Below, piece after piece: positions 1-10,360 of a DNA stretch of 64,000 bases. How positions within the stretch are numbered: position 1 is the first letter of the stretch; every line of letters begins with the position of its first letter. The DNA comes from a virus, in the IMG/VR virus record IMGVR_UViG_3300001765_000030, positions 117,191 through 181,190 of that record; one strand, 5' to 3'. Made by a program: the position numbers and the translations under genes. The notes under the pieces are model-generated. The model was not told where the DNA came from and ran no database searches. It saw only the letters and a program-made list of their open reading frames with translations.

Positions 1-988
1 TAGAAGCTTTTGACAAATTATCTGATATAGCATTGTTATAATCCTTATAGATTATTCTACATTTGGAACCAGTCAATGATGGAGAATACAGCATATAAAT
101 ATTACCGTGTTCTTTCTCAATAGCTCTTCCACGAACTTCCAACATTGTAAGAAATGTTTGAAGCTCTACACCAGCATTAGTCTCTGTCATATACTTCTTA
201 TTGATAATAGAAGCATCTTTGAAATTTAGACCAAGTTGTGAATCATAAACAAACAAACCTCCGTTTACCATTGAATCACATCCGATTGATTGATTTATAC
301 GACATATAGAATCTGCCGCACTTGATTCAATCTCACCTCTAGGTCCAAACAACGTTTCGTTATCACTGATCATCATTGTATCACGTATAGTCCTGAAAGA
401 ATCCGGACTTTGTTGATAGATTTCAGTTATATCGTCGATGATGTCCATACCTATAAGGTTTATCGAAAAGTCTTCAATAATTGAATTTCCTTCGGGATAT
501 TCACCTGTTTCATAATACTCTTGTTCAAATGTGTAGTACTTCGGATTAGGCATCATTCTAGATTCGACATAGTCGCTTACAGAATAATTCTTAAAACATG
601 TACTATATACTTGAGCTGCATCACTTGAATAGGTTTCATTGCTATTGAAGTTTGTCTCTCTGTCCAATCGTTTCGCTGAAAGTACAGTTAGATTACCGTG
701 TTTAAATTGATCTACAAGAGTTTTATCAATCGTATTGAGTTTACAATCATAGACATATACTCCAACAAATGACAAATTTCCATTATCTTTACTGATAAAT
801 GTATTGTCAAACGTTACGGAACTGCCGACCGTTGTTGATATATTTATCTGAATGACTTTACAATTGAATGGTAAAGCGGGGTCATAAAATATATGGATAA
901 CTCTTCTACGATCAATTATACCAGCTTTATTGATGACAGAATTATCAAACTTCAAATCATCAATAAATTTACCAGTTGCGATATACAT
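1..988 (-). CDS. Hypothetical protein, 3'-truncated by window edge
   Basis: ATG at 988 (MYIATGKF...) with SD AGGAGAG and an AACA-N6-TG motif upstream. Frame open in the segments I translated (961-901, 60-1). Not in the ORF track because there is no stop in the window. Confidence 0.65.
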   Translation of the reverse strand, partial: MYIATGKFIDDLKFDNSVINKAGIIDRRRVIHIFYDPALPFNCKVIQINISTTVGSSVTFDNTFISKDNGNLSFVGVYVYDCKLNTIDKTLVDQFKHGNLTVLSAKRLDRETNFNSNETYSSDAAQVYSTCFKNYSVSDYVESRMMPNPKYYTFEQEYYETGEYPEGNSIIEDFSINLIGMDIIDDITEIYQQSPDSFRTIRDTMMISDNETLFGPRGEIESSAADSICRINQSIGCDSMVNGGLFVYDSQLGLNFKDASIINKKYMTETNAGVELQTFLTMLEVRGRAIEKEHGNIYMLYSPSLTGSKCRIIYKDYNNAISDNLSKAS

Positions 989-1010
989 AGTTCTCTCCTA
1001 CTATTGTTAT

Positions 1011-1022
1011 CATTAAATTGTT
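1011..1022 (-). promoter_or_regulatory. Late-type promoter AACA-N6-TG
   Basis: AACAATTTAATG, 23 nt before ATG 988. Confidence 0.55.
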
Positions 1023-1025
1023 CTA

Positions 1026-2123
1026 CTACATCCCAATATTGTTGACCCAATGACTAGCATGGTAATGCTGATCATTTCTAAAGTTTCCAATTTCAAAATT
1101 GAAATCTTTAGTTATAAATCCACCATTATGGACATCATACTTCAAAACACTCACTGTGACAGAACTGATTGTCGATTTAACCATTAGTCTAAATCTCCAA
1201 CCTACACTCTCTCTAATATATTCCATCGCAGATAGAAATGTAGATAGTTGGTTATCATGTATCTGTTGCATATAGATATTATTTGTTGGGAAAACATGAT
1301 CAGTTTTATACTGAACTCTAGATATCCCGTCAACACTATCGTATACGAAATTTGCAGAATTCACCAATAAACCTAATATGAAATCTGTCACAGGTCCTAC
1401 GATCAACATTGAGAGATTATTTAAATCCAAATACTCAATCATCTCGGCAGTAGAGTGTTCAGTCTCAAATACACCATGTGCATAATCTTCATCATAAGCA
1501 TTATAGTTGCTGTAGTTAGACGCTTTTGTAACAATGATTGTGGTATATGAATCAATCATATCCCTAAAAGGGACTAATTCCACATACTTTACAGTATCTT
1601 TATCTACCTTAGGGAGATACATCTTACCGATACTATACTCATTTCCAGAGATATCCTCATTAATAACGTGATGAGTTCTGTTATAGAATCTCACGTTTGG
1701 TAATGCGCTATATCTAGATGGTGATGAAAATAGATCATCATATGAAGTTGAAGTTTCGAGTTCACCAAACTTAGTTTTACGTAAATCATAGTTATGGATA
1801 CCGTATGAAACATCATCAACTGTTATCATTGAATCCAAATTGATAAGTTTCTTTGTTTCTTCCCAAGTATTCGTTTCAGGAAACTTTGAGAATACCATAC
1901 CTTTGCAATGATAAACGTTTGTATTTTGAAGTTTTTGTAGATCCTTCATAAATCCTAACGAATCTCTATCTGTGAAAGATGAGATATTCATGATGGTTAT
2001 ATCACATTCAAACATCATACTTTGTGGAATCTCGATGAGTATATACCGTTTACAATAATCGACATTTCCACATTCGAGTATATTGCCAGACGAACGATTT
2101 GATTTTCCAGTATTTATATACAT
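1026..2123 (-). CDS. Hypothetical protein
   Basis: ORF track 1026..2171. Preferred start ATG 2123 (MYINTGKS) after GAGAGG SD; the longer start lies inside a hairpin. Confidence 0.75.
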   Translation of the reverse strand: MYINTGKSNRSSGNILECGNVDYCKRYILIEIPQSMMFECDITIMNISSFTDRDSLGFMKDLQKLQNTNVYHCKGMVFSKFPETNTWEETKKLINLDSMITVDDVSYGIHNYDLRKTKFGELETSTSYDDLFSSPSRYSALPNVRFYNRTHHVINEDISGNEYSIGKMYLPKVDKDTVKYVELVPFRDMIDSYTTIIVTKASNYSNYNAYDEDYAHGVFETEHSTAEMIEYLDLNNLSMLIVGPVTDFILGLLVNSANFVYDSVDGISRVQYKTDHVFPTNNIYMQQIHDNQLSTFLSAMEYIRESVGWRFRLMVKSTISSVTVSVLKYDVHNGGFITKDFNFEIGNFRNDQHYHASHWVNNIGM

Positions 2124-2151
2124 TTTATCACCTCTCTTTGATAAAATATAA

Positions 2152-2174
2152 GGAGTGGTCAAATAGACCACTCC
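2152..2174. terminator. Intergenic hairpin
   Basis: GGAGTGGTC/GACCACTCC. Confidence 0.7.
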
Positions 2175-2183
2175 CCTATAATT

Positions 2184-3800
2184 TCACACAATAACTCTGA
2201 TATAATAATCAAGGACCGCATTGATAATCTCATCATCAGAATGTTTTATGGTCTCGCCAAAGCGGGGGTCCATAAATCCATTATATTTGAAGAGATTATT
2301 TGCCAAGAATACCGCATCATCACGGATAAAATTCTTACTCTCGAGTTTATCTCGAATGTATCGATATTTACCATTGATCAATTCAATATATCTTGGATCT
2401 TCGAACAATTTTCTATCAGAGACTTTTCCACCCCATCTGTTTTGGAATGAGTATCCAATACAATCTGAGGAAGTATAATCTGCAATAATGTTAAGTCCAA
2501 TACTCCGTAGATACTTATCCGTAAGTAAGAGGAGTCTTGAGTAATTATGCCGATTATTATCAAACATATTTTCATATCCTCCATATTCGTTATGGAAGCA
2601 CTGGAATATGATTCGATTTTGATACTCATGAAGATTCATGTTTTCAACAGTAAATCTCCATTCGTCAATTGAACTGATTCCAATATTGTATCGAATTGAT
2701 ATCTTATTAATTGTATCATCACAAGTATTTTTGCGAATAACTTTCAATAATTCATCAGGTCTTGCAATACGAGATTCAGCTCGTTCAGCTTCAGTTACAA
2801 CTGAATCATCCCCACCACTATGAACGTAGTCATCTGAGAAACCGTTCAATCCCCCATCATATCCATCATTTTCACGAGGTTTATACTGGGAAGACGAACG
2901 TTTAACTGTTTCGGCAATGAATGCAGGAACAGTTCCAGATGGTTCAAGTTTAGTGATAATTGTCGTCAGAATCTTAGAAAAGACATCTTCTACTTCAGAA
3001 TCTTTTGTTGTACCACTAATACTCATACGGTCATAGATCTTCTTATTTGATTTGAAAGATCCACTTACGATCATTGTAACGTATCTGTGAAGTTTGTCGA
3101 TACAATTCATTCCTTGAGAAACTACAGATACTCTGTTGAAGAGTTCTTTGTAAAGTTCAAGGAAGAACTCTTTTGGATCTACATCACGAGACATGATATT
3201 ACAATAATGAGTACACAGAGGCACAATGAGATTTCCAGCGAATTTCACATGACAAAGTTGTTTAATTTCACTGTCGTAGAATGTTGTATCTTTATCAAAC
3301 GATTTATTAATAACCTCATCCATTTCCATATCATATACGGAATCGACATAGTTTGAGATTATTTTGAGAATGTCATCGTCGAGAATATTCATCAGTTCCG
3401 TAATAAATACGATGTAATCGGTTCTTGTTAAGTCACCACCATCGTCAAGGTTCATTTTGAGACTGAAATAGTTTAAGATAAACTTCTCAGCAACTTCACC
3501 TTTTTTATTGTAGGATTTCACTCTAAGTTCATCAGTGTTTACATCGATGAGTTTTTCGTTAAAGTGATGATTTAGAACACGGTTATTATCATCTTCGATA
3601 GATAATATTGACCGATTGAAAGTTCGTTTAGAGCTCAATGACATTTTGAAACTCTCATAAACTTTACCGAAGTTGAAAGTTTTTCCGAATGATGGGATGT
3701 TCATCACACTTTCTTCTTTCACTCCAACGAAAAAGAATTTACCTTTAAAAGGTTTTTTCTTTTTCGCCATTTTGACTTCATCATCTTTTTCCTCAGCCAT
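2184..3800 (-). CDS. Probable sigma-like promoter-specificity subunit of non-virion RNAP (phiKZ gp68 / AR9 gp226-like)
   Basis: 538 aa helical protein. Segment 'EIKQLCHVKFAGNLIVPLCTHY...KEFFLELY...IDKLHRYVTMIV...FSKILTTII' resembles the gp68 family as I recall it. Early-type promoter upstream. Confidence 0.55.
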   Translation of the reverse strand: MAEEKDDEVKMAKKKKPFKGKFFFVGVKEESVMNIPSFGKTFNFGKVYESFKMSLSSKRTFNRSILSIEDDNNRVLNHHFNEKLIDVNTDELRVKSYNKKGEVAEKFILNYFSLKMNLDDGGDLTRTDYIVFITELMNILDDDILKIISNYVDSVYDMEMDEVINKSFDKDTTFYDSEIKQLCHVKFAGNLIVPLCTHYCNIMSRDVDPKEFFLELYKELFNRVSVVSQGMNCIDKLHRYVTMIVSGSFKSNKKIYDRMSISGTTKDSEVEDVFSKILTTIITKLEPSGTVPAFIAETVKRSSSQYKPRENDGYDGGLNGFSDDYVHSGGDDSVVTEAERAESRIARPDELLKVIRKNTCDDTINKISIRYNIGISSIDEWRFTVENMNLHEYQNRIIFQCFHNEYGGYENMFDNNRHNYSRLLLLTDKYLRSIGLNIIADYTSSDCIGYSFQNRWGGKVSDRKLFEDPRYIELINGKYRYIRDKLESKNFIRDDAVFLANNLFKYNGFMDPRFGETIKHSDDEIINAVLDYYIRVIV

Positions 3801-3838
3801 TTAAAACCTCTCGATAAATGGTTATATATTTGCTAAAG

Positions 3839-3852
3839 TTAGATATATACTC
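3839..3852 (-). promoter_or_regulatory. Early-type promoter
   Basis: GAGTATATATCTAA. Confidence 0.55.
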
Positions 3853-3872
3853 AACGATAGCTTTTGAAAGAT

Positions 3873-3899
3873 AGGATGGTGCAAACGATGCACCATCCT
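3873..3899. terminator. Intergenic hairpin after gyrB
   Basis: AGGATGGTGCA/TGCACCATCCT. Confidence 0.75.
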
Positions 3900-3905
3900 C
3901 TTGGA

Positions 3906-6263
3906 TTAGTCAGCACTATTATCTATAAACATCTGTTTCTTCTGGTCAGAATTCGTAAACAAATACCGAATCCAATCAGAAGTATGAACAGGGTCTGTAG
4001 CTACTAGTTTTATAAGGCATCTTGTTTTTGGATCCATTGATGTAATCTTAAGCTCCTCAGGAGTATTGGCTCCAAGTCCTTTACTACGTTTTACATCAGA
4101 ACCAGCTGAACTACTGAAGAAACTATTATTCACAAGCTTACCTTGATTATAATAAAACTCACTATATCTCAACTTAGTTCCACGACCAACAAGTCGAATT
4201 CTGCAAAGTTTGATAGTTTCAGTAATGTATTTAACGATTGGAGCTATGATATTAGTCATAAACTCTCTATCGATCTGAATATAATACTGTTCATATCCTC
4301 TACCGATATTCATTTTTCTATTACCATTTTTGAGAACTTCAAATGTTGAGCATACAAAACCATATGTTTCGAGACATTTGGTTTTACCTGCCATAATTTG
4401 TTTGAAATTCATCGCGATGGCTTCAAGAAGCAATGGATCGATAGATAATCTTTCTGCCATAGGTTCGAGAATCTGTTCAGAGTAGTACGGGAGATTTTTA
4501 ATATATTCTCTCGCAACGCCTTTTGGAAGAATTCTTCCATCTTTATCGATGATATCGAAAACTCTAATAGCTTTCTCACTCATGATTTTATACAGTTCTC
4601 TTTGAGATGATATAAATACATCACCTTGTTTTGTAGAAAGAGTATACAGTGGCGGTTTCGCAATAAATACGTTACCATTTGCAATCAATTCCGGATAGTG
4701 AGTGTGGAAGAATGCCACAAGTAAAGATGAAATATGATACCCGTCAACGTCCGCATCTGTAAGAATAATAATTCTTTTATACCGAAGTTTACGAATATCT
4801 TTATCTTTACCATATCCTATTCCGAGAATTTCAACAAGAGTAAATAACTCATCCGAAAACTCTTCACTTTTAATAACATTTTTAACTTTACCACGAAGTG
4901 CATACACTGCTTGGAAGTCACGATCACGGGCAGATCTCACTGTACCTGCTGCTGAATCTCCTTCGCAAAGGAATATTTCCCCACGTTCAGGATCAGTTTT
5001 GTTACAGTCTGAGAACTTCTTAACATCGATTTTACGGAAAAGATCTGTACGGCTTGAAGATCCTGCTTTAAGAATGTTATTCTTAATCTTAGACGCTTCA
5101 TATTTTGCAATCGCTAGTTTTGCACAATATTGTCCGATTTTATCAATTGATTCTTTATCAGATTCAATCCAACGCTTGATCTCTTCCTTAATGATAGGAA
5201 CTACCGTAGGTCGATATTCAAGAGAAGTAAACTCGGTTTTCTGTTGAGATCTATATTCAGCGTGTTGTTGTTCAGCAATCACGATAAAGAATAAACAATC
5301 TGAAATCTCATTTCCAGTAATTTTCACTTTACCGAGAAGAGATTTAGGAATGTAATTACATTTATTGAGATGGGATGTTAGAATTCCCATTGCTTCTGAC
5401 AAAGATTTGACGTGTTCTCCACCATCTTTTGTAAAGATACCATTCACATATGAAATGTTTCCGGCACCTTTTTGAGTAAACCCAAACATGATGTTATACC
5501 CTACAGTACGACGATCATTAATATATGAAATATTACAAGGTTTTCCGATAGGTTTGAGATCACGACGTTTGTGTTCTTTATTGTAATAATCTACAACTCC
5601 ATTTGGATGATAAAAGGTTTCAGCCTTTTCATCATTCCATTTGAAAGTAAGTTTTACTCCAGGAGTTACCATTGATGTAACTTCAATAAAGTTTCGATAT
5701 TCTGAACGTTTACTCGAGATATCGATTTCTCTCATAACTTCAATATCAGGGATCCAACTCACTATAGTTCCAGATGGCCCATTATATTTCTCAATGTGAA
5801 CAGGTTCTATTTGGACACCGGCATCAAATTTTGCAGTATGAGATTCGCCATCTCTTTTGGAAGTTGCTACAAAGTTTCTAGATACCGCTGTCACAAGAGT
5901 TATTCCTACACCATTAACGCCACCAGATATTTGATAACCTGAATTTTCTTGACCGGCAATATCTCCCATTTTACCAGAAGTATTCATTTTCGTAAGAATT
6001 CTTACAAGTTTACCTTGAGGAATTCCGCGCCCTCTGTCTCTAACAGTGAATACTGGACCAAGTGGGTTGATATTTGTATTTATTTCGATGTCGATCGTAT
6101 CGCCAAAGCCAACAATAAATTCGTCAATAGAGTTTGCAAAAACCTCTTGTAATAGGTGAAATACACCGTCAAGACCAATCTTACCATTCAGCATTGGACG
6201 TTTTCTTAGAGCTTCTAATTCTGAAAGCTCTACGATATGGTCGTCAGTATAATTTGAACTCAT
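3906..6263 (-). CDS. gyrB: DNA gyrase / type IIA topoisomerase subunit B
   Basis: GHKL motifs EVFANSIDE and DRGRGIP; TOPRIM motifs EGDSA, ALRGK, DADVDG. Start at 6263 follows AAGGAG. Confidence 0.95.
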   Translation of the reverse strand: MSSNYTDDHIVELSELEALRKRPMLNGKIGLDGVFHLLQEVFANSIDEFIVGFGDTIDIEINTNINPLGPVFTVRDRGRGIPQGKLVRILTKMNTSGKMGDIAGQENSGYQISGGVNGVGITLVTAVSRNFVATSKRDGESHTAKFDAGVQIEPVHIEKYNGPSGTIVSWIPDIEVMREIDISSKRSEYRNFIEVTSMVTPGVKLTFKWNDEKAETFYHPNGVVDYYNKEHKRRDLKPIGKPCNISYINDRRTVGYNIMFGFTQKGAGNISYVNGIFTKDGGEHVKSLSEAMGILTSHLNKCNYIPKSLLGKVKITGNEISDCLFFIVIAEQQHAEYRSQQKTEFTSLEYRPTVVPIIKEEIKRWIESDKESIDKIGQYCAKLAIAKYEASKIKNNILKAGSSSRTDLFRKIDVKKFSDCNKTDPERGEIFLCEGDSAAGTVRSARDRDFQAVYALRGKVKNVIKSEEFSDELFTLVEILGIGYGKDKDIRKLRYKRIIILTDADVDGYHISSLLVAFFHTHYPELIANGNVFIAKPPLYTLSTKQGDVFISSQRELYKIMSEKAIRVFDIIDKDGRILPKGVAREYIKNLPYYSEQILEPMAERLSIDPLLLEAIAMNFKQIMAGKTKCLETYGFVCSTFEVLKNGNRKMNIGRGYEQYYIQIDREFMTNIIAPIVKYITETIKLCRIRLVGRGTKLRYSEFYYNQGKLVNNSFFSSSAGSDVKRSKGLGANTPEELKITSMDPKTRCLIKLVATDPVHTSDWIRYLFTNSDQKKQMFIDNSAD

Positions 6264-6400
6264 TCTACTAAACTCCTTAAGTTTGTTACGTTTCAATGTT
6301 TAAGCCATTTTACATTTATATCCATTATCTTATATATAATCCAACCGCCATTTCAAGAAATAAAAAAAAAGATGAGAGAATTAACTCCCATCTTTTATAA

Positions 6401-6910
6401 TCATACACTCCGAAGAACTGTATGGAATTCTCCAAATCTACGATAACGGTATTTCATTTGGTTCAGAGTAATCACAAGTTTGTTCCCAAGAACGTTCAAT
6501 TCAATTGTATCGCCCTCAAGCTTTCCTTCGAAATATTCGCGAGGAAAATACGTATTCATCCGTTTACATGGGAAATCATCCTGCTCATACTGAGCACCAT
6601 TTCCAGGAAGAACTTCATCGGGAATGAAATGATCCTGCCAGTTCTCTGAACCAAGACCTGTGATCCAGCATTGGACAACGTCCTCTCCCGCGGAAATTTC
6701 GATTCGACCATCTTTGTCGAGATCCTTATCATAAACTTTCATATCCCACAAAGGATATTGACGTGTCGGACGGGTTTCATTTTCCGCTCTTATATGACTT
6801 TGTACATTAGGGATGATAAAGATATCAACCCCGGTAATGATTTCATAATTTTTAACATCACCATTTGAATTTGCGGTAGCAGGTTTTGTTGGGTCGTAAG
6901 TAAATTCCAT
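6401..6910 (-). CDS. Hypothetical protein
   Basis: ORF track; SD AAGGAG before ATG 6910. Confidence 0.75.
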   Translation of the reverse strand: MEFTYDPTKPATANSNGDVKNYEIITGVDIFIIPNVQSHIRAENETRPTRQYPLWDMKVYDKDLDKDGRIEISAGEDVVQCWITGLGSENWQDHFIPDEVLPGNGAQYEQDDFPCKRMNTYFPREYFEGKLEGDTIELNVLGNKLVITLNQMKYRYRRFGEFHTVLRSV

Positions 6911-6982
6911 AATAAGCTCCTTATTTTGTTTTATAATATAGGTGTAAAACATTCGATTTACACCTACGTGAATTGGTACTGG

Positions 6983-7252
6983 TTATGCACAATATCTTGT
7001 AAATTTAACACTTGATGTTGAAATTGAAATATTAGCAATTGTTTTAATATACAATATTTTCATCGCATCGACAATTTCATTCGACTTTGCGACTGATACA
7101 ATTAGAAGCATTGATTCTTTTGAGAGTTTATCCTCATACGTGTGAGCACCTTCATAATCATTTCTAAATGCACAATGCTTCACATTATTGTATAAGCCGC
7201 TCAGAATATCAATCTGATCATTGACCTCATCGACAGTTATAGATTTTTCCAT
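6983..7252 (-). CDS. Hypothetical protein
   Basis: ORF track 6983..7363; SD AAGGAG before ATG 7252. Confidence 0.65.
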   Translation of the reverse strand: MEKSITVDEVNDQIDILSGLYNNVKHCAFRNDYEGAHTYEDKLSKESMLLIVSVAKSNEIVDAMKILYIKTIANISISTSSVKFTRYCA

Positions 7253-7262
7253 AATAAACTCC

Positions 7263-8351
7263 TTAAATGTATTTTGAAACGGTTCCAGCAGATGCGAAGA
7301 TATACCCGTTATAAGGCTTAACATCATCTTCACGGATACGTCTGTAAACTGTAGACTTGTCAAAATCAGCAGTATCTAAAACAGCCACTCTCATAGCTTC
7401 TCTAAGAGATGGTTCATTCGCAATTACAACCGCACCTTCTCTTGTTACTTCGAGAATCACAACCCAATCTTCAAGTTTTGCGATTGATTTCACAACAAGT
7501 CCGACTTTAAGTTTATTCTTAATAATCTCGGGTTCCGGAGAATACAATCCTGAGAAATCAAAATCAATTGGCACATCTTTAGATTTCGGACCAGCAATGA
7601 ATGCTCCCGGAAATTTATCAATTTGTCGATTCTTTTCTTCAGGTGTAAGTGTTGAAAGCCCGTATTGTTTTTTACTTTGATCTATATGATCACCAATACG
7701 TAATCGTTCAGAATCGTCAATAATACGATTTTTCTTCTTAGTTGTCAAAGTTTTAATAATATCTTTTGGTTCAACTTTGAACATCTCCTCAAGAGTTGCA
7801 ACGTTCATAGATTCATTAAGTTTCACCTTTTTGAAACTCATCCAAACGGTATCATGACCTGTTCTTGATACATTCAACTGAGTGTCTATACAGTTCAAAA
7901 TCTTTGTAACAGGAATCTTTGTCACCTTAGATGCTTCAAAGATATTTGGAAATGAAGCTTTTGATACAGGGTTTATGCACCCATCTTTGTATGTAATAAC
8001 TTCAATTCGATCCATTTGTTCGATCGAAATTCCTTCTGTAAGAGTTTCTTCATCTCCGAAATGCATCGGAATGTTAAACCGTTTGAAGTAATCTCTCAAG
8101 TCTCCAGCTTCTGCATCAAACATTATGCACATATCTGAGAAGCTCATTTTAAGAGCATATGCATCTCTTACGTCTGCGTAAAACTTTGATCTTCCTCCCG
8201 AATAGTATCTTAACTCAATGCCTACAACTTTTTCAACAATTTCTTTCGAAGTTTTAAGTTGTACACAAACCTGTTTAACGGATTTCCCAGATTTTAAAAG
8301 ATCTAGAATAATCCCTTTGTCATTCTCGGTAACATTAGCTATACGACCCAT
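7263..8351 (-). CDS. Multi-HTH / NUMOD1-like DNA-binding protein
   Basis: N-terminal HTH-like 'ILDLLKSGKSVKQVCVQLKTSKEIVEKV'; NUMOD1-like 'FPNIFEASKVTKIP' and 'PSLREAMR...KSTVYRRI...YNGYIF'. SD GGAGG. Confidence 0.55.
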   Translation of the reverse strand: MGRIANVTENDKGIILDLLKSGKSVKQVCVQLKTSKEIVEKVVGIELRYYSGGRSKFYADVRDAYALKMSFSDMCIMFDAEAGDLRDYFKRFNIPMHFGDEETLTEGISIEQMDRIEVITYKDGCINPVSKASFPNIFEASKVTKIPVTKILNCIDTQLNVSRTGHDTVWMSFKKVKLNESMNVATLEEMFKVEPKDIIKTLTTKKKNRIIDDSERLRIGDHIDQSKKQYGLSTLTPEEKNRQIDKFPGAFIAGPKSKDVPIDFDFSGLYSPEPEIIKNKLKVGLVVKSIAKLEDWVVILEVTREGAVVIANEPSLREAMRVAVLDTADFDKSTVYRRIREDDVKPYNGYIFASAGTVSKYI

Positions 8352-8410
8352 ACACGCCTCCACGTTATTTGTTTATTTGTAGAACCATAGAAAAACTTAC
8401 TATATCTCTA

Positions 8411-8431
8411 CTCATAATTAAATATATACTC
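8411..8431 (-). promoter_or_regulatory. Early-type promoter
   Basis: GAGTATATATTTAATTATGAG. Confidence 0.7.
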
Positions 8432-8452
8432 AAAAATAAAATTGAAAAATCG

Positions 8453-8478
8453 ATAGTAGGGGATCTCTCCCCTACTAT
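8453..8478. terminator. Hairpin after endolysin
   Basis: ATAGTAGGGGA/TCCCCTACTAT. Confidence 0.8.
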
Positions 8479-8483
8479 ATAAT

Positions 8484-9119
8484 TTACGCAAGATTCTTTT
8501 TTACGATCGGGAGCAACTTTGTATAATTGGCAATACGCTTTTCAAGACCGTGATATCCGCCATTTATCGCTTTAGTCTGACCTTTGATGTCATTCTTATC
8601 AATATACGAATTACAATTTCCACGTTCATTCCAGAACCAAATAGCTGACCGGAAGATACCTTCAAGAGTCTCACAATATACTGTAGTTTCATCGAGAGTT
8701 TTACCCAAAGATTTTGCAAGAGCAGTATAGTTAGATTTACCAGTTATTTGAATTGCTCCACGACCACGGAACTTCCACCCGTCACCAGATGCTTCATTTC
8801 CATTACCAAGATTAGCACGCCCATATACTTTGTTCGCAATAGCCTGAGAATTGCGAGCATATTTAACCGCTTGTTCGGGAGTAAAATATTTTGGAAATAT
8901 TTCAAGAAGACGCGGTGCAGAATAGTTAAGATTTTCAACATATCTTGTAAAGTTACCGGATTCAACAGCAGTTTGCGCAATAAATGATGCAGCACGTTCA
9001 GGAGTATCAATACCATTTGCGATCAAAAGACTGTTGAATTGAGCTGTAGTATCGATTGGATCTTTACATGCCTTGAACAATGATTTGAATTGTTCAACAG
9101 TAATTACTTGTTTTGACAT
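8484..9119 (-). CDS. Glycoside hydrolase family 19 endolysin
   Basis: FIAQTAVESGNF, ENLNYSA, GDGWKFRGRGAIQITGKSNY, TKAINGGYHGL. Confidence 0.92.
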   Translation of the reverse strand: MSKQVITVEQFKSLFKACKDPIDTTAQFNSLLIANGIDTPERAASFIAQTAVESGNFTRYVENLNYSAPRLLEIFPKYFTPEQAVKYARNSQAIANKVYGRANLGNGNEASGDGWKFRGRGAIQITGKSNYTALAKSLGKTLDETTVYCETLEGIFRSAIWFWNERGNCNSYIDKNDIKGQTKAINGGYHGLEKRIANYTKLLPIVKKNLA

Positions 9120-9145
9120 AATATCCTTCTTTCTAAGAAAAAAAA

Positions 9146-9379
9146 TTAAAGTTTGAAAATAGAGAGTTCGCCATTTAGGACTTTGAATCTATTACCGAAA
9201 GTTATAAAATAACTTCCGGGATTAAGATTTGGTTCGAGCTCTCTGATTTTTCGAATTAAAACTGCGAGGAGCCCATCGTTATTCTCAACGATAGGCTCAT
9301 ATGAAACTTCTTTATTTGGATGTCCATTCTCTAGAACAAAGAATTTGTCACCCTCAAGCTTGATAATTTCCTGTTTCAT
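9146..9379 (-). CDS. Small hypothetical protein
   Basis: ORF track; fills the gap between neighbouring genes. Confidence 0.55.
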   Translation of the reverse strand: MKQEIIKLEGDKFFVLENGHPNKEVSYEPIVENNDGLLAVLIRKIRELEPNLNPGSYFITFGNRFKVLNGELSIFKL

Positions 9380-9686
9380 CGCATAACTCACCGGTTAAAT
9401 TGTTTATTCGTAACGTCTTCCAGTCTCCTGTTGAGATGTTTTCATCCGCATACTGAGATATTAAAGACTCACCTTTTTTGGTCAATTTGAATGATACAAT
9501 CTCGTCATTCACACTTTTAATATTTACGAGTTCACCCTCATTTGAGAACTCAACATTTGAAAAGATTTCAAGTTTCCCAGGAACAGTTGATTCTGGTCTG
9601 AACCATGTATCAGGGTTAGCTTCAGTTGACAAAGCTATACGGAGTCGCTCAGGGAATTTGGTAATTTTTAGATTAAAAATAGACAT
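9354..9686 (-). CDS. Hypothetical protein
   Basis: ORF track; SD GGAG; early-type promoter at 9722-9740. Confidence 0.7.
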   Translation of the reverse strand: MSIFNLKITKFPERLRIALSTEANPDTWFRPESTVPGKLEIFSNVEFSNEGELVNIKSVNDEIVSFKLTKKGESLISQYADENISTGDWKTLRINNLTGELCDETGNYQA

Positions 9687-9721
9687 ATATTTCTCCAATT
9701 GTTGTTTTATTGTTATACTAT

Positions 9722-9740
9722 CTCATAATTAAATATATAG
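9722..9740 (-). promoter_or_regulatory. Early-type promoter
   Basis: CTATATATTTAATTATGAG. Confidence 0.7.
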
Positions 9741-9792
9741 TTCAAAACGAAGTTCAAAAATGTAAAAAGATGAGGACGAATCCTCACCATAT

Positions 9793-10335
9793 TTATTGGA
9801 ATTTTGTATTCAAATATGATATAATGAAATCATATTCTTCTTTATCCATCTTCAATCCCCACTTATATTTGACAGTTACCCAATCAATTATATAGGAATC
9901 TTTGTTTATTTTAGGCATCCATTTAGATGGATCTTTGGCACCCTTAGACCTATTCGAAGCGATTGACACAGCATGTAAATGTTTTGTATCGCTAATATTA
10001 TTGAAGAAATTAATCTTTTTATTCTTATCCCAAAGATACCCGCCAGACATATTCGCTTCAGATACTGGAACAAAATGGTCAATGTCTATAAGACTTGCAC
10101 CTCTAATAGTATCTCCACTGTAGATATCTATCCACATTCCTTTAACAATCTTTCCATTGACATATGTAGTACTTTCCGAAGATGCAATATTATCTCGAAT
10201 CAAAACTTCTTGTCTTGTATTCTGACCATCTTTATCGGAATCTATCCAAGTTCCCCATGAAGATCTATCATACGTTGGCATCGTTTGACACAGTATACTT
10301 GAGAGTAATACTAAGATTGATAAAATAACTTTCAT
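9793..10335 (-). CDS. Secreted HNH-type nuclease (DUF1524-like)
   Basis: Signal peptide MKVILSILVLLSSILC; 'IDIDHFVPVSEA...HLHAVSIASNRSKGAKDPSKWMP'. Start 10335 after AAGGAG; the track's 10449 start crosses a terminator. Confidence 0.85.
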   Translation of the reverse strand: MKVILSILVLLSSILCQTMPTYDRSSWGTWIDSDKDGQNTRQEVLIRDNIASSESTTYVNGKIVKGMWIDIYSGDTIRGASLIDIDHFVPVSEANMSGGYLWDKNKKINFFNNISDTKHLHAVSIASNRSKGAKDPSKWMPKINKDSYIIDWVTVKYKWGLKMDKEEYDFIISYLNTKFQ

Positions 10336-10360
10336 AAATATCTCCTTGTTAAAAAAATAA

